62,176 bases of DNA from Polaromonas sp. (GCA_043778695.1 JAYWFR010000112.1:1-62176); one strand, 5' to 3'; numbered from the stretch's first letter, positions 17,031 to 27,885 are shown. Numbers and translations: made by a program. Notes: generated by a model not told the origin, from the sequence alone.

Positions 17031-20000
17031 ATGTGGTTTACCCAAGTCAGTCTTAAAAATCCGGTGTTTGCCACCATGGTGATGCTGGCCATCGTCGTGC
17101 TGGGTCTGTTCTCATACCAGCGCATGCAAGTTGACCAGTTTCCGAACATTGACTTGCCAGTCGTTGTTGTGACGGCCGATTACCCCGGCGCGTCGCCTGA
17201 AATTATTGAAAGTGAAGTCACCAAGAAAATTGAAGAAGGCGTTAACTCGATTGCCGGCGTCAGCGCACTGACGTCGCGCAGCTACGAAGGCCAGTCGGTC
17301 GTCATCATTGAGTTCCAGCTGTATGTTGACGGGCGCAAAGCCGCCGAAAGCGTTCGTGAAAAAATATCGGCTATTCGCCCAACTTTTCGCACCGAAGTCA
17401 AAGAGCCGCGCGTTTTGCGCTTTGACCCATCCAGTCGCGCAGTGTGGTCCGTGGCCGTGCTGCCAGTTTCAGGTGCAGGTGCAGGCGCAGGTGCAGGTGC
17501 AGCAAAAATGTCGGCGGTTGAGCTGACCAACTGGGCTGATCAGGTTTTAAAAAAGCGGCTGGAGAACGTGCGCGGTGCAGGCTCAGTGGTTATCGTCGGC
17601 GGCACCAAGCGCGAAATCAATGTGTACTTGAACCCACAGGCCATGGAGTCATTGGGTATCACGGCTGATCAAGTGGTCAACGCAGTAAAAAGTGAAAACC
17701 AGGACTTACCGGTTGGCAGCATTCGCTCGCTCGCGCAAGAACGTGTCGTCAAAATTGACGCTCGGATGAAGCGGCCTGAAGACTTTGGCAAGCTGATCGT
17801 GGCGCGCAAAAACAATGCCGCCGTCACCGTTGACCAAGTCGCCCGAGTTGCCGACGGCGCGCAAGAAGTCGACAGCCTGGCGCTATACAACGGCCAGCGC
17901 ACCCTGGTTCTGCAAGTGCAAAAAGCGCAAGACGAAAACACCATTCAAGTCGTCGACGGGCTGAACAAGGCGATTGCGGAGATGAAAGACAGTTTGCCGC
18001 CTGGCTTGAAGCTGGAGTTGGTCTCTGACAGCTCGCGCTCGATTCGGGTCGCGGTTGAAAACGTGCGCCGCACGTTGATTGAAGGCGCACTGCTCACAGT
18101 GCTGATCGTGTTTTTGTTTTTAAACTCATGGCGCTCCACCGTCATCACCGGGCTGACGCTGCCGATCTCCATCATCGGTACGTTTTTGTTCATGAACCTG
18201 TTTGGTTTTACCATCAACAACATCACGCTGATGGCGCTGTCGTTGTGTGTGGGCCTCTTGATTGACGACGCGATTGTGGTGCGCGAAAACATCGTGCGGC
18301 ACGTGCTGATGGGCAAAACGCCCTATGCAGCCTCAATGGATGGCACCAAAGAAATTGGCTTGGCGGTGCTGGCCACTACTTTTTCTATCGTCGCTGTGTT
18401 TTTGCCGGTGGGTTTTATGGGCGGCATCATTGGCAAGTTTTTTCATGAGTTCGGCATCACCATCGTTGCGGCAGTGCTGATCTCGATGTTTGTGAGTTTT
18501 ACGCTGGACCCAATGCTGTCCAGCATTTGGCACGACCCATCGATTGAGGCGCATGGCAAGCATGCCAAGCCTGTCACGCTGTATGACAAAACCATTGGCC
18601 GCGTGACCGGCTGGTTTGACCGCGCCACCGAGTCTTTGAGCGAAGGCTACCAAGGCATTTTGCGTTGGGCGCTGGTGCACAAAATTAAAACGCTTCTGGT
18701 GGCACTGGCGGTGTTTGTAACCAGCATCTTCATGGTGCCACTGCTGGGCACAGAGTTTGTGCCCAAGGCTGATTTTTCAGAAACCTCGCTTAATTTTTAC
18801 ACCCCAGTGGGGTCATCGCTTGAAGCAACCGAGGCCAAGGCCAGCCAGGTTGAAGCCATCGTGCGCGAATTCCCTGAAGTGCGGTACACGCTGGCCACCA
18901 TCAACACGGGCAATGCGCAGGGCAAAATTTACTCAAATGTTTACATCCGGCTGGTTGACCGCAACGCGCGCAGTCGCAGTGTCGACGAAATCTCGGGCGT
19001 GCTGCGTGAACGGCTTAAGCAAGTGCCCGGCATCACCGTGACCCACGTGGGTTTGCTTGACTCGGTAGGCGGTAACAAGCAGGTTGAGTTTTCGCTGCAA
19101 GGCCCGGACTTGAAAGAGCTCGAGCGCTTGAGCCGCCTGGTGCAGGGCAACATTCGCGGCATCCCAGGGCTGGTTGATTTGGACTCCAGCGTTAAGGCAG
19201 ACAAACCAGTGATTCAAGTCGATGTGCGCCGTGATGCGGCCAGTGACTTGGGCCTGTCTGTCTCGGGCATCGCCGCTGCCCTGCGCACGCTGGTGGCCGG
19301 GCAAACTGTCGGCAACTGGCGCGCACCTGACGACCAAACCTACGACGTGAATGTGCGCCTAAGCCCTGATGCACGCAACGCCCCGGCTGACCTGGAGCGT
19401 TTGCCATTTACCAGCACGGCCATGGGCGCGAACGCCGATGGCTCAAGCCGCATCGTCCGATTAAGCCAAGTCGCCAGCATCAAAGAAGTCACCGGGCCGA
19501 ACCAGATCAACCGGCGCGATTTGATACGCGAGGTGGCAGTCAACGCCAATGTGTACAACCGCTCGGCCGGTGAGGTGTCTAACGACATCAAAGCCGCGCT
19601 GGAAAAAACACCCTTCCCGCCGGGCTACAAATACCAGTTCAGCGGCTCAACCAAAAATATGGCCGAATCTTTTGGCTACGCCATCTCAGCCCTGATCATG
19701 GCGATTTTGTTCATCTACATGATTTTGGCCAGCCAGTTCAAAAGCTTTTTGCAGCCATTGGCGCTGATGACATCACTGCCGCTGACGCTGATTGGTGTGG
19801 TGCTGGCGCTGCTCGCGTTCCGCTCGACGCTGTCGATGTTTTCTGTCATTGGCGTTGTCATGCTCATGGGGTTGGTAACCAAAAACGCGATTTTGTTGGT
19901 CGACTTTGCCATCAGAATGCGCGAACCAACAACGAACGCGGACGGCCGCCTCATCCCCGGCATGGAGCGCGGCGAGGCACTCCTGATGGCTGCAAAAGTA

Positions 20001-20249
20001 CGCCTGAGACCAATTTTAATGACCACATTGGCCATGATTTTTGGCATGATTCCACTGGCCTTTGCCCTCAGTGAAGGCTCAGAGCAGCGCGCGCCAATGG
20101 GTCAAGCGGTGATTGGCGGCGTGATCACGTCGTCTTTGCTGACACTGGTGGTGGTGCCCGTGACGTATTGTTTCATGGACGACTTGGCCCAGTGGTTTAA
20201 ACGCAAGCTGGGGCCGCGCAAAGCAAGGCTGCAAAAAGTCGCCAACTAA
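17031..20249 (+). CDS. RND efflux permease (AcrB-like)
   Basis: [17 protein letters not shown] and RLRPILMTT proton-relay motifs; 1072 aa. Confidence 0.95.
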   Translation: MWFTQVSLKNPVFATMVMLAIVVLGLFSYQRMQVDQFPNIDLPVVVVTADYPGASPEIIESEVTKKIEEGVNSIAGVSALTSRSYEGQSVVIIEFQLYVDGRKAAESVREKISAIRPTFRTEVKEPRVLRFDPSSRAVWSVAVLPVSGAGAGAGAGAAKMSAVELTNWADQVLKKRLENVRGAGSVVIVGGTKREINVYLNPQAMESLGITADQVVNAVKSENQDLPVGSIRSLAQERVVKIDARMKRPEDFGKLIVARKNNAAVTVDQVARVADGAQEVDSLALYNGQRTLVLQVQKAQDENTIQVVDGLNKAIAEMKDSLPPGLKLELVSDSSRSIRVAVENVRRTLIEGALLTVLIVFLFLNSWRSTVITGLTLPISIIGTFLFMNLFGFTINNITLMALSLCVGLLIDDAIVVRENIVRHVLMGKTPYAASMDGTKEIGLAVLATTFSIVAVFLPVGFMGGIIGKFFHEFGITIVAAVLISMFVSFTLDPMLSSIWHDPSIEAHGKHAKPVTLYDKTIGRVTGWFDRATESLSEGYQGILRWALVHKIKTLLVALAVFVTSIFMVPLLGTEFVPKADFSETSLNFYTPVGSSLEATEAKASQVEAIVREFPEVRYTLATINTGNAQGKIYSNVYIRLVDRNARSRSVDEISGVLRERLKQVPGITVTHVGLLDSVGGNKQVEFSLQGPDLKELERLSRLVQGNIRGIPGLVDLDSSVKADKPVIQVDVRRDAASDLGLSVSGIAAALRTLVAGQTVGNWRAPDDQTYDVNVRLSPDARNAPADLERLPFTSTAMGANADGSSRIVRLSQVASIKEVTGPNQINRRDLIREVAVNANVYNRSAGEVSNDIKAALEKTPFPPGYKYQFSGSTKNMAESFGYAISALIMAILFIYMILASQFKSFLQPLALMTSLPLTLIGVVLALLAFRSTLSMFSVIGVVMLMGLVTKNAILLVDFAIRMREPTTNADGRLIPGMERGEALLMAAKVRLRPILMTTLAMIFGMIPLAFALSEGSEQRAPMGQAVIGGVITSSLLTLVVVPVTYCFMDDLAQWFKRKLGPRKARLQKVAN

Positions 20250-20308
20250 AATTCACCAAAACTCGCCTTCTACGCAGCAACAAGCTAACTCTGACAACCA
20301 CAACCGAT

Positions 20309-21004
20309 ATGAACTACGAACAAGCCCGATTCAACATGATTGAGCAGCAAATCCGTCCTTGGGAAGTGCTCGACAGCCAGGTACTGGCCCTGCTGGCCGT
20401 CATCAAGCGTGAAGATTTTGTGCCCACCGCCTACCGCTCGCTGGCCTTTACCGACATGGAAATTCCACTGTCGTCGCATTCCCAGAAACAACCCGGTCAG
20501 TGCATGTTGTCGCCTAAAGTTGAAGCCCGCATTTTGCAGGACCTGTCGGTCCAAAAGCATGAAAAAGTGCTGGAAATTGGCACTGGCTCGGGCTACATGG
20601 CGGCGCTGCTGGGCCACCGCGGCCAGCAGGTCGTATCGCTGGAAATTGATGGTGACATTGCAGAAACCGCCAGAAGCAATTTGCAGCGCGCCGGCATTTA
20701 CAACGCCGAGGTGCGCACCGGCGATGGTGCGGCCAACTTCACCAGATCCGTGTCGAAAAGCGACCCACTGCAAGGCCCGTTTGACGTGATCGTCTTGAGC
20801 GGCTCGGTGGCTGATGTGCCCGCATCACTGCTGGCTTTGCTCAAAATTGGTGGCCGTTTAAGCGCCATCACAGGCGATGAGCCGGTCATGCGTGCCACGC
20901 TGATCACCCGGGTGGGTGAAGCCGCTTGGCGCACCACACAGGCGTGGGACACGGTGGCGCCGCGGCTGCTGCATTTCCCTGAGCCGTCCAAGTTCAGCTT
21001 TTAA
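20309..21004 (+). CDS. pcm: Protein-L-isoaspartate O-methyltransferase family
   Basis: ARFNMIEQQIRPW, VLEIGTGSGY. Confidence 0.88.
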   Translation: MNYEQARFNMIEQQIRPWEVLDSQVLALLAVIKREDFVPTAYRSLAFTDMEIPLSSHSQKQPGQCMLSPKVEARILQDLSVQKHEKVLEIGTGSGYMAALLGHRGQQVVSLEIDGDIAETARSNLQRAGIYNAEVRTGDGAANFTRSVSKSDPLQGPFDVIVLSGSVADVPASLLALLKIGGRLSAITGDEPVMRATLITRVGEAAWRTTQAWDTVAPRLLHFPEPSKFSF

Positions 21005-21015
21005 ATAAGCGCGGC

Positions 21016-21366
21016 ATGATTGACCAACTCAGCCCCACCGATTTTGCCGAATGGCGCGACGCCGCAGCACCCAAGACCGCGGTTGTTTTAGACGTGCGTG
21101 AGCCATGGGAAGTGCGCACCGCGTCAGTCAAGGCGATTGGTTTTACGCTGCTACACGTCCCGATGCAAAGTATTCCGGCGCGCATGGCCGAGCTTAAGCA
21201 GCAGCACGGCGCAGACCAGCCGATGGCGTGCCTGTGCCACCACGGCATACGCAGCATGCACGTAGCCAACTATTTGGCGCAAAACGGTTTCACGGCGGTG
21301 GTCAATCTGCAAGGCGGCATCCAAGCTTGGGCCGAGCAGGTTGACCCCAGCATGGCCCAGTATTGA
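21016..21366 (+). CDS. Rhodanese-like protein
   Basis: LDVREPWE, CHHGIRS, NLQGGI.AW. Confidence 0.9.
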   Translation: MIDQLSPTDFAEWRDAAAPKTAVVLDVREPWEVRTASVKAIGFTLLHVPMQSIPARMAELKQQHGADQPMACLCHHGIRSMHVANYLAQNGFTAVVNLQGGIQAWAEQVDPSMAQY

Positions 21367-21415
21367 CCCGCTAGCGACCTTGCTGATCTGACCCGATCAT
21401 ATTTTTAGGACCTGT

Positions 21416-22753
21416 ATGACACGACACACATTTTTAAAACCGCACGCTTGCTCGCTTGCCGCAGCTTTTGCGTGGGTATCGATAGGTGCGCAAGCTCAAA
21501 GCCTGGTCGAGTTGTACGACTCGGCCCGCGCTTTTGACGCCACCTATCAGTCAGCCAAGCTGCAATACGATGCCAATCTAGCCAAAGCCGACCAGGCCAT
21601 TGCCGGCATCTACCCCACTGCGGGTTTGACGTCTGGTGTGTCGCGCAGCCAGTTTCAAAATACCAGCCCACAAACGGACCGCACCTTCAGCACCCAAAAC
21701 ATCGCGGTCACGGCCAGCCAGCCGCTGTACCGACCGGCCAACGTGGCCGCTTATCAGCAAGGCCTGCGGCAGGTTGATTTGGCCAAAGCCACGCTTGACA
21801 CGGCCGAGCAAGACCTGATTGTGCGCATGAGCCAAGGCTATTTTGATGTGCTGGCCGCGCAGGACACGCTGGCGTTTGTCGGCGCGCAAAAGGCCGCTGT
21901 GGCCGAGCAGTTGGCCTCGGCCAAGCGCAACTTTGAAGTCGGCACGTCCACAATTACTGACACCCGAGAAGCGCAGGCCCGATTCGACTTGGTGGTGGCG
22001 CAGGAAATCGCCGCTGAAAACGATGTGCGGGTTAAAAAGCTCGCGCTGGACACGCTGGCGGGCATGACAGCCGCGCAGCCCAAAAGCCTACTTATGCCCG
22101 TCAAACTGCCCAGCGTGATGCCGTTAGATGTCAACGCTTGGGTGCAGCAGTCTGAAAGTGTTCACCCCAACATTCGCTTGGCCCAAAGCAACCTAGACAT
22201 CGCCGAGCTGGAAATTAAAAAAGCTGAGGCTGGCCACAAGCCCACACTGGACGCGACCGCAAGCTACAGCGTGCAGCGCAACCCAAACGGCACCATCACC
22301 TCGCTGCCCAACACCTTTAGAACCAACGTCACCAACATCGGCCTGAGTTTTAACTTGCCGCTGTTTGCTGGCTTTGCCACGCAAAACCGCATCAAGGAAA
22401 CGCTGTCGCTCAAAGACAAGGCACAAAGCGACCTGGAGGGCGCACGCCGCAGCGTCGCACTGGCTACCCGCACCGCCTACTTTGGCGTGCAGTCGGGCCA
22501 AGGTCAGGTCAAGGCGCTGGAGGCCGCCGAGCTGTCCAGCCAAAGCGCACTAGACGCCAACAAGCTGGGATACCAGGTGGGGGTGCGAATCAACATTGAT
22601 GTGCTGAACGCACAAAGCCAGCTGTTTCAGACCAAGCGCGATTTGGCTCAGGCGCGCTACAACGTGCTGCTGGGCGGACTGCGGCTGCGCCAGGCCAATG
22701 GCACACTAACGTCCGATGATTTGCTGCTGATCAGCACGCTGTTCGTCAAATAA
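21416..22753 (+). CDS. tolC: TolC family outer membrane protein
   Basis: Signal peptide, AGHKPTLD, GYQVGVR.NIDVLNAQ. Confidence 0.9.
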   Translation: MTRHTFLKPHACSLAAAFAWVSIGAQAQSLVELYDSARAFDATYQSAKLQYDANLAKADQAIAGIYPTAGLTSGVSRSQFQNTSPQTDRTFSTQNIAVTASQPLYRPANVAAYQQGLRQVDLAKATLDTAEQDLIVRMSQGYFDVLAAQDTLAFVGAQKAAVAEQLASAKRNFEVGTSTITDTREAQARFDLVVAQEIAAENDVRVKKLALDTLAGMTAAQPKSLLMPVKLPSVMPLDVNAWVQQSESVHPNIRLAQSNLDIAELEIKKAEAGHKPTLDATASYSVQRNPNGTITSLPNTFRTNVTNIGLSFNLPLFAGFATQNRIKETLSLKDKAQSDLEGARRSVALATRTAYFGVQSGQGQVKALEAAELSSQSALDANKLGYQVGVRINIDVLNAQSQLFQTKRDLAQARYNVLLGGLRLRQANGTLTSDDLLLISTLFVK

Positions 22754-22855
22754 AGCAGCTCACCGCCTGTCGCGCTTTTGCCAGTTGCCAACGTGGCCGT
22801 TAGGCGCGCCTGGGACGGTACCACGAGCGCACTAAAATAGTGCTGTGCGCGTTTA

Positions 22856-22890
22856 CATCCACATCCACATCTACATCTCCATCTCCATCA
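22856..22890 (+). repeat. Hexanucleotide tandem repeat (CATCCA/CATCTA/CATCTC)
   Basis: catccacatccacatctacatctccatctccatca upstream of the PstS-like gene. Confidence 0.75.
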
Positions 22891-22916
22891 GCACCAAACG
22901 AAAACTGGTGACCATC

Positions 22917-23921
22917 ATGACAAAAAAACTCTCACCACTGCGCTTGGCATTTGTGGCCCCAATCGTGGCCTTCTTGAGCCTGGCATGCACTGGCGCGTGC
23001 CAAGCGCAAGTCACGGGCGCAGGCTCTAGCCTGGTGCGCGAGCTGATGACCGGCTGGTCCATCCAGTATGGGCCAGCGTCAGGCGGTGTTGCGTATGAAG
23101 CGTCAGGCTCATCAGCCGGTGTAGCCCGGGCAACTGAGCAAAGTGTTGATTTCGGTGTGACTGATGTGCCCCTGACCGCCGCTGCGCTGCGCCAAGCGGG
23201 CTTGCGCCAGGTACCGCTGGCAGGCGCTGCAGTTGCCGTTGTGGTTAATTTGCCAGAACTGGGCGGCAAAGCAGTCAAGCTAAATGGCGACATATTGGCG
23301 GACATTTTTCAAGGCAACATCACGACCTGGAACCACTCGCAAATCACCAGCTTTAACCCTGGCTTGCCGTTACCTGGTCGGCCTATTGTGCCGATCTGGC
23401 GCGCTGATGGCTCGGGGCAGTCGTATGTATTTTCAAGCTATTTGTCGCGTGGCAACCCCAAGTGGCGGCGCGTGGTGGGCACCACCAACACCCTGAATTT
23501 GACGGCAGGCAAAAGTGTCAAGGGCGGCCAGGGCGTCTTGGACGCCGTCAAAGCCACACCGGGCGCGGTGGGCTATGACGCGCTGGGCGCGGCGCAAAAG
23601 TCGGGCTTGGGCATTGCGGAGTTGCTCAACGGTTCAGGCAAAGTCGTCGCGCCGAATGCTGCATCAATTGGCGAGGCGCTGGACAAAGCCCAGTGGTCTA
23701 AAGACGCCAATGCCGCTGACCTGGACGGCTCCGCCGGGCCGGGCACCTACCCGATGGTGGCAGTGCCGTATGCGTTGGTGCCGGTCGCCATCAAAAAGGG
23801 CCGCAACAGCGCGTTGCCGTTTGTTCAAGCCGCCGTGGCACAGGGGGACGCCCTGGTCAAACAAGTTGGCTTTTTGCCGTTGCCAGCATTTGCCAAAGGG
23901 CTAACGGCAACAGTTCGCTGA
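22917..23921 (+). CDS. PstS-like phosphate-binding-fold protein (orphan)
   Basis: Signal peptide, TGAGS, VDFGVTD, WRADGSG, YPMV. Confidence 0.8.
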   Translation: MTKKLSPLRLAFVAPIVAFLSLACTGACQAQVTGAGSSLVRELMTGWSIQYGPASGGVAYEASGSSAGVARATEQSVDFGVTDVPLTAAALRQAGLRQVPLAGAAVAVVVNLPELGGKAVKLNGDILADIFQGNITTWNHSQITSFNPGLPLPGRPIVPIWRADGSGQSYVFSSYLSRGNPKWRRVVGTTNTLNLTAGKSVKGGQGVLDAVKATPGAVGYDALGAAQKSGLGIAELLNGSGKVVAPNAASIGEALDKAQWSKDANAADLDGSAGPGTYPMVAVPYALVPVAIKKGRNSALPFVQAAVAQGDALVKQVGFLPLPAFAKGLTATVR

Positions 23922-23926
23922 GTCTT

Positions 23927-25234
23927 TCACAAATAGCGCTCAAGCGCCTGCACTGTTTTGTCTGCCGCGCCTTGATGCGCCGCTGCAAACGCCAGCGCAG
24001 CGTTTGAGCTTTCTGTCTGCAGGCGGTCATCACACGCGAGCTTGCAGGCTTGCTGAAAGCCTTCTGGCATATCGGCCACACGCCGTGCAGCGCCTGCGGC
24101 CTCCGCCAGTTCGGCAGCATCAGCGAAATTAAAGGTGTACGGCCCCATCACCACCGGGCAGGCACACGCTGCCGCTTCAATCAGGTTTTGACCGCCGAGC
24201 TTTTCAAAGCTGCCGCCCAACAGGGCGACGCTGCTTAATGCGTAGTACAAAGGCATCTCGCCAAGCGTGTCGCCCAGCCAAATGTCGGCGTGCATCGCTT
24301 CTTCGTTGTCAAACGGGCTGCCGTGCCAGCCGGAGCGGCGCGACACGCTCAAGCCGTGCTGCACCACCAGCGCTGCCACATCGTCAAAGCGCTGCGGGTG
24401 GCGCGGCACAATTAAAAACTTGATTGCTACTGAATCGGGAGCTGCACGCGCGCTATTTACCTGGGCTACAGCCTTAATTTGACTTAAAAACAGGTCTTCT
24501 TCACCTTCCCGAGAACTGGCAAACATCACCACCGGTTGGCGCAGTGATTTGCGCCATTGCTTGCCAATTGCTTGCTGCGCAGCAGACGGCGCAGCATCAA
24601 ACTTGAGGTTGCCAAAGATGCCTGCCACGTCTACGCCGAGCTGGCGGTAACGCTTGGCATCATTGGCGGTTTGCGCATACACCGCCGTCAGCGCGGCATA
24701 GGCTGGGTAGGCCAGCGGCGACATGCTTAACGCCTGCTCTAAAGTCTTGTCAGACAAGCGGCCATTGACCAGCACCAGGGGCATGCCGTGTGCCTTGGCG
24801 GCATCAACCATGCAGGGCCACACTTCGGTTTCCATCAGCAAACCCAGGCGCGGCTTGAAGTGCTCAAAAAACCGCTCAACCACCACGCGGGTGTCCCACG
24901 GCTGCCAAGCCTGAATGTCACCCGGCATAAGCAGCGCCTTGCCCTCAGCGCGCCCCGTGGCTGTGCCGTGCGTTAGCAGCAGCCGAAGCCCTGGATGCTT
25001 GGCCCGCAGGGCTTTGAGCAAGATGGCCGCGGTGCGTGTCTCGCCCAGCGACACGGCATGCAGCCAGACCAGCTCTGATGCCATCTCAATAGGCAAGGTG
25101 TACCGGCCAAAGCGCTCGTCAACAGCCTCGCCATAACCGGGTTCCTGCACAGCGCGCTTAGCCATTTTGCGGCGCAGCAGCGGCTGGGCCGCGCGCATCA
25201 AGCCGGAATACAAAGACAACATCAGGCGGCTCAC
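23927..25234 (-). CDS. waaA: 3-deoxy-D-manno-octulosonic acid transferase
   Basis: WLHAVSLGE, ETEVWP, GNLKFD, PRHPQRF, GGQNLIEAA. Confidence 0.94.
   Translation of the reverse strand: MSRLMLSLYSGLMRAAQPLLRRKMAKRAVQEPGYGEAVDERFGRYTLPIEMASELVWLHAVSLGETRTAAILLKALRAKHPGLRLLLTHGTATGRAEGKALLMPGDIQAWQPWDTRVVVERFFEHFKPRLGLLMETEVWPCMVDAAKAHGMPLVLVNGRLSDKTLEQALSMSPLAYPAYAALTAVYAQTANDAKRYRQLGVDVAGIFGNLKFDAAPSAAQQAIGKQWRKSLRQPVVMFASSREGEEDLFLSQIKAVAQVNSARAAPDSVAIKFLIVPRHPQRFDDVAALVVQHGLSVSRRSGWHGSPFDNEEAMHADIWLGDTLGEMPLYYALSSVALLGGSFEKLGGQNLIEAAACACPVVMGPYTFNFADAAELAEAAGAARRVADMPEGFQQACKLACDDRLQTESSNAALAFAAAHQGAADKTVQALERYL
24426..24468 (+). repeat. Element A copy inside waaA
   Basis: GCTAC-N7-GGAGC-TGC-ACGCGC-N11-GGGCTA. 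Confidence 0.8.
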
Positions 25235-26226
25235 GCTAGTGCATCTTCACAAGCCTGCCACGCCTGCCAGACGGCGTCTACGCTGGGTGCAGGTCGGCCT
25301 AACACGCTGACTTGGCGAGCGCAGCCCAACGGCCCAGTGCGCCACGCGGTGTCAAAGTTATAAATTTGCACATGCGGCAAACCCAGCGCCACGGCGATAT
25401 GGCTAACGCCGCTGTCCACACCAATTGCCCCCGCGCACGAGGCGAGCTCGTTGGCTAACGCGTCAAGCGACAGCAAAGGCAAAACGGTGGCGCTACTGCC
25501 CATTTGTGCTGCTACGCTTTGGCTGGTAGCTAGCTCTTGGGCGCTGCCGTGCACCAGCATGATGTGGTTACCGCTGGCGGCCAAGCGCTGGCCCAGCGCT
25601 ACCCAGTTTTGCAGCGGCCAGCTTTTGTCTTGGCGTGACGTACCATGAATAAACGCTATAGTTTTAGGAGCTGCTAGCGCAACAAATGATTGGGCTACAG
25701 GCACTTTTAACCCATAAACTGGTGATTTTATAGCGACATCCGTGCTGTACCCCAAAGCCTTGGCAGCCAGCAGCCTGCCGCGCGCTACCGCATGAACGTG
25801 AGGCTCAAGCGAAATCGCCACATCAGCTGCCCAGCGGGTCGGCGCTTCGTACCCTGAGCCATCGGTTTGGTTGGCCATGGCGTAGCGTTTGCCTGTCGGC
25901 GTTAGCTTGGCCAGACGCGCGACAACAGCTGATTTCGTCAAGCCTTGCAGGTCAATGACCGCGTCGTATCTGTCCGTTTGCAAATCCGCTTTAAAGGCAC
26001 GCCACGCTTGCCGCGTTTGCGCTGCCCAAAACGATTTACGCCAGCGGCGCAGCTCGCAGGGGATGACGCGTCTCAAACCATCTACCTGGGTGAGCAGCGG
26101 GGCAAAAGCGTTTTCGACCACCCAATCAATTTGCGCGTTGGGCATGGCCGTCAGAATGTCTTGCACCACAGGCAACGTGTGCACCACATCGCCCAATGAC
26201 GAGAGTTTGACCATCAGAATCCGCAT
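25231..26226 (-). CDS. waaC: LPS heptosyltransferase I
   Basis: VKLSSLGDVVH, DLQGL.KSA, GVDSG..H. Confidence 0.93.
   Translation of the reverse strand: MRILMVKLSSLGDVVHTLPVVQDILTAMPNAQIDWVVENAFAPLLTQVDGLRRVIPCELRRWRKSFWAAQTRQAWRAFKADLQTDRYDAVIDLQGLTKSAVVARLAKLTPTGKRYAMANQTDGSGYEAPTRWAADVAISLEPHVHAVARGRLLAAKALGYSTDVAIKSPVYGLKVPVAQSFVALAAPKTIAFIHGTSRQDKSWPLQNWVALGQRLAASGNHIMLVHGSAQELATSQSVAAQMGSSATVLPLLSLDALANELASCAGAIGVDSGVSHIAVALGLPHVQIYNFDTAWRTGPLGCARQVSVLGRPAPSVDAVWQAWQACEDALA
25655..25697 (+). repeat. Element A copy inside waaC
   Basis: GCTAT-N7-GGAGC-TGC-TAGCGC-N11-GGGCTA. Confidence 0.85.
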
Positions 26227-26241
26227 CAGCGCGCGATTCAG

Positions 26242-27780
26242 TCAGTGTGCAGCAACGGCAAAACTGGCATCCGGTTTCACACTGCGCAGCAGCGCCAGCA
26301 TGTCAGCTTCAATGCGGTGTAGCGCGGCTTCGGTGTGCCCTTCAAAGCGCAGCACCAGCACCGGCGTGGTGTTGGACGCGCGAATCAAACCAAACCCATC
26401 CGGCCAGTCAACGCGTACGCCGTCGATGACGTTCAGAACTGCCACCCCCACGCTTATCGCTTCGCGTATGGCGCTGCCCCCCGAGGGGGCTGTGCTTGCT
26501 AGGGGCGGCCCGTCGCGGCGCTCGCCAGCTGGCGGCGCGAAGTTAACGGACTTGATCAGTGCCTCTACAACAGTATGCGGCTCACCCTCTTTGCAGGGCA
26601 CATTTAATTCAGGCGTGCTGAAACTCGTCGGTAGCGCATTGAGCACCGCGCTGGCATCCGCAGAGCGGCTGACGATCTCTAGCAGGCGCGCACCGGCATA
26701 GGTGCCGTCGTCAAAACCATACCAGCGCTCTTTGAAAAAAATATGCCCACTCATCTCGCCACCCAGCGGCGAGTTGATCTCTTTCATCTTGGCTTTGATC
26801 AGTGAGTGCCCAGTTTTGTACATCAGCGGCACCCCGCCAGCGGCCACAATGTCAGGGGCCAGGCGTTGTGAGCATTTCACGTCAAACACAATCGAGCCGC
26901 CTGGCACGCGGCTTAAAACATCGCGGGCAAACAGCATCATCTGGCGGTCAGGGTAAATGTTTTGGCCGTCTTTGGTGATCAACCCCAGGCGGTCACCATC
27001 GCCGTCAAACGCCAGGCCCAGTTCCGCGTCGGTAGCTTTTAAGGCGTTGATCAAGTCACGCAGGTTCTCAGGCTTGCTCGGGTCCGGGTGGTGGTTGGGG
27101 AAGTTGCCATCAACCTCACTGAACAGCTCAATCACCTCGCAGCCCAGCGCCCTAAAAACGGCGGGGGCCGAAGCACCCGCAATGCCGTTGCCAGAGTCGA
27201 TCACGATTTTCATCGGGCGAGCCAGCTTGATGCCCTGAACAATGCGATCACGGTATGCGCTAGATATATCGACCTTCTTGACGCTGCCGGGCGCTGCAGT
27301 ATTGGTGTCGGTGTCGGTGTTGGTGTTGGTGTTGGTGTCGGCGTCGATGTTGGTGTTGGTGTCGGTGTCGGTGTCGGTGTTGGCCTCTATCACGTGGCGC
27401 AGGTCTTGTATCTCATCGCCATAAATTGCCCTGCCGGCCAGCACCATCTTGAAGCCGTTGTAGTCCTTCGGGTTATGGCTGCCGGTGACCTGAATGCCTG
27501 ACGTGCACAACGTGCTGGCCGCAAAGTACAGCATGGGCGTGGTGACCATGCCAACGTCAATCACATCGACACCGCTGGCCGCTAGCCCGCGAATCAACGC
27601 AGCCGCCAAGGCCGGGCCGCTCAAACGGCCATCACGGCCGACTGCAACGGTTTTTTCTTTGGCCGCTAGCGCCGCCGCGCCAAACGCCTTGCCCAGCGCA
27701 AAAGCCACGTCGTCATTGATGGTGGTGGGCGTGACACCGCGGATGTCGTAGGCCTTGAAGATTGATGCATTGAGTTGCAT
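26242..27780 (-). CDS. algC: Phosphomannomutase/phosphoglucomutase with two inserted segments
   Basis: FKAYDIRG, TGSHNP, DGDGDR, GEMSGH, RASNT. Confidence 0.93.
   Translation of the reverse strand: MQLNASIFKAYDIRGVTPTTINDDVAFALGKAFGAAALAAKEKTVAVGRDGRLSGPALAAALIRGLAASGVDVIDVGMVTTPMLYFAASTLCTSGIQVTGSHNPKDYNGFKMVLAGRAIYGDEIQDLRHVIEANTDTDTDTNTNIDADTNTNTNTDTDTNTAAPGSVKKVDISSAYRDRIVQGIKLARPMKIVIDSGNGIAGASAPAVFRALGCEVIELFSEVDGNFPNHHPDPSKPENLRDLINALKATDAELGLAFDGDGDRLGLITKDGQNIYPDRQMMLFARDVLSRVPGGSIVFDVKCSQRLAPDIVAAGGVPLMYKTGHSLIKAKMKEINSPLGGEMSGHIFFKERWYGFDDGTYAGARLLEIVSRSADASAVLNALPTSFSTPELNVPCKEGEPHTVVEALIKSVNFAPPAGERRDGPPLASTAPSGGSAIREAISVGVAVLNVIDGVRVDWPDGFGLIRASNTTPVLVLRFEGHTEAALHRIEADMLALLRSVKPDASFAVAAH
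26444..26520 (+). repeat. Family B palindromic repeat, in frame in algC
   Basis: CCCCCACGCTTATCGCTTCGCGTATGGCGCTGCCCCCCGAGGGGGCTGTG...GGCGGCCCGTCGC. Confidence 0.8.
27301..27383. repeat. Coding hexamer tandem repeat (GGTGTY)n in algC
   Basis: Encodes NTDTDTDTNTNIDADTNTNTNTDTDTNT. Confidence 0.9.
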
Positions 27781-27800
27781 GGGGCGCGTCTCGTGTGGCT

Positions 27801-27885
27801 GTCATCCCGAACTCGATCCGGGATCCATCCCCGAATCGGATGTCGTCCTATAGGGGTGTGGATGGCGGATCAAGTCCGCCGTGAC
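27801..27885. repeat. REP/RPE-like paired-palindrome element (family D)
   Basis: GTCATCCCGAACTCGATCCGGGATCCA...TGGATGGCGGATCAAGTCCGCCGTGAC. Confidence 0.7.
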
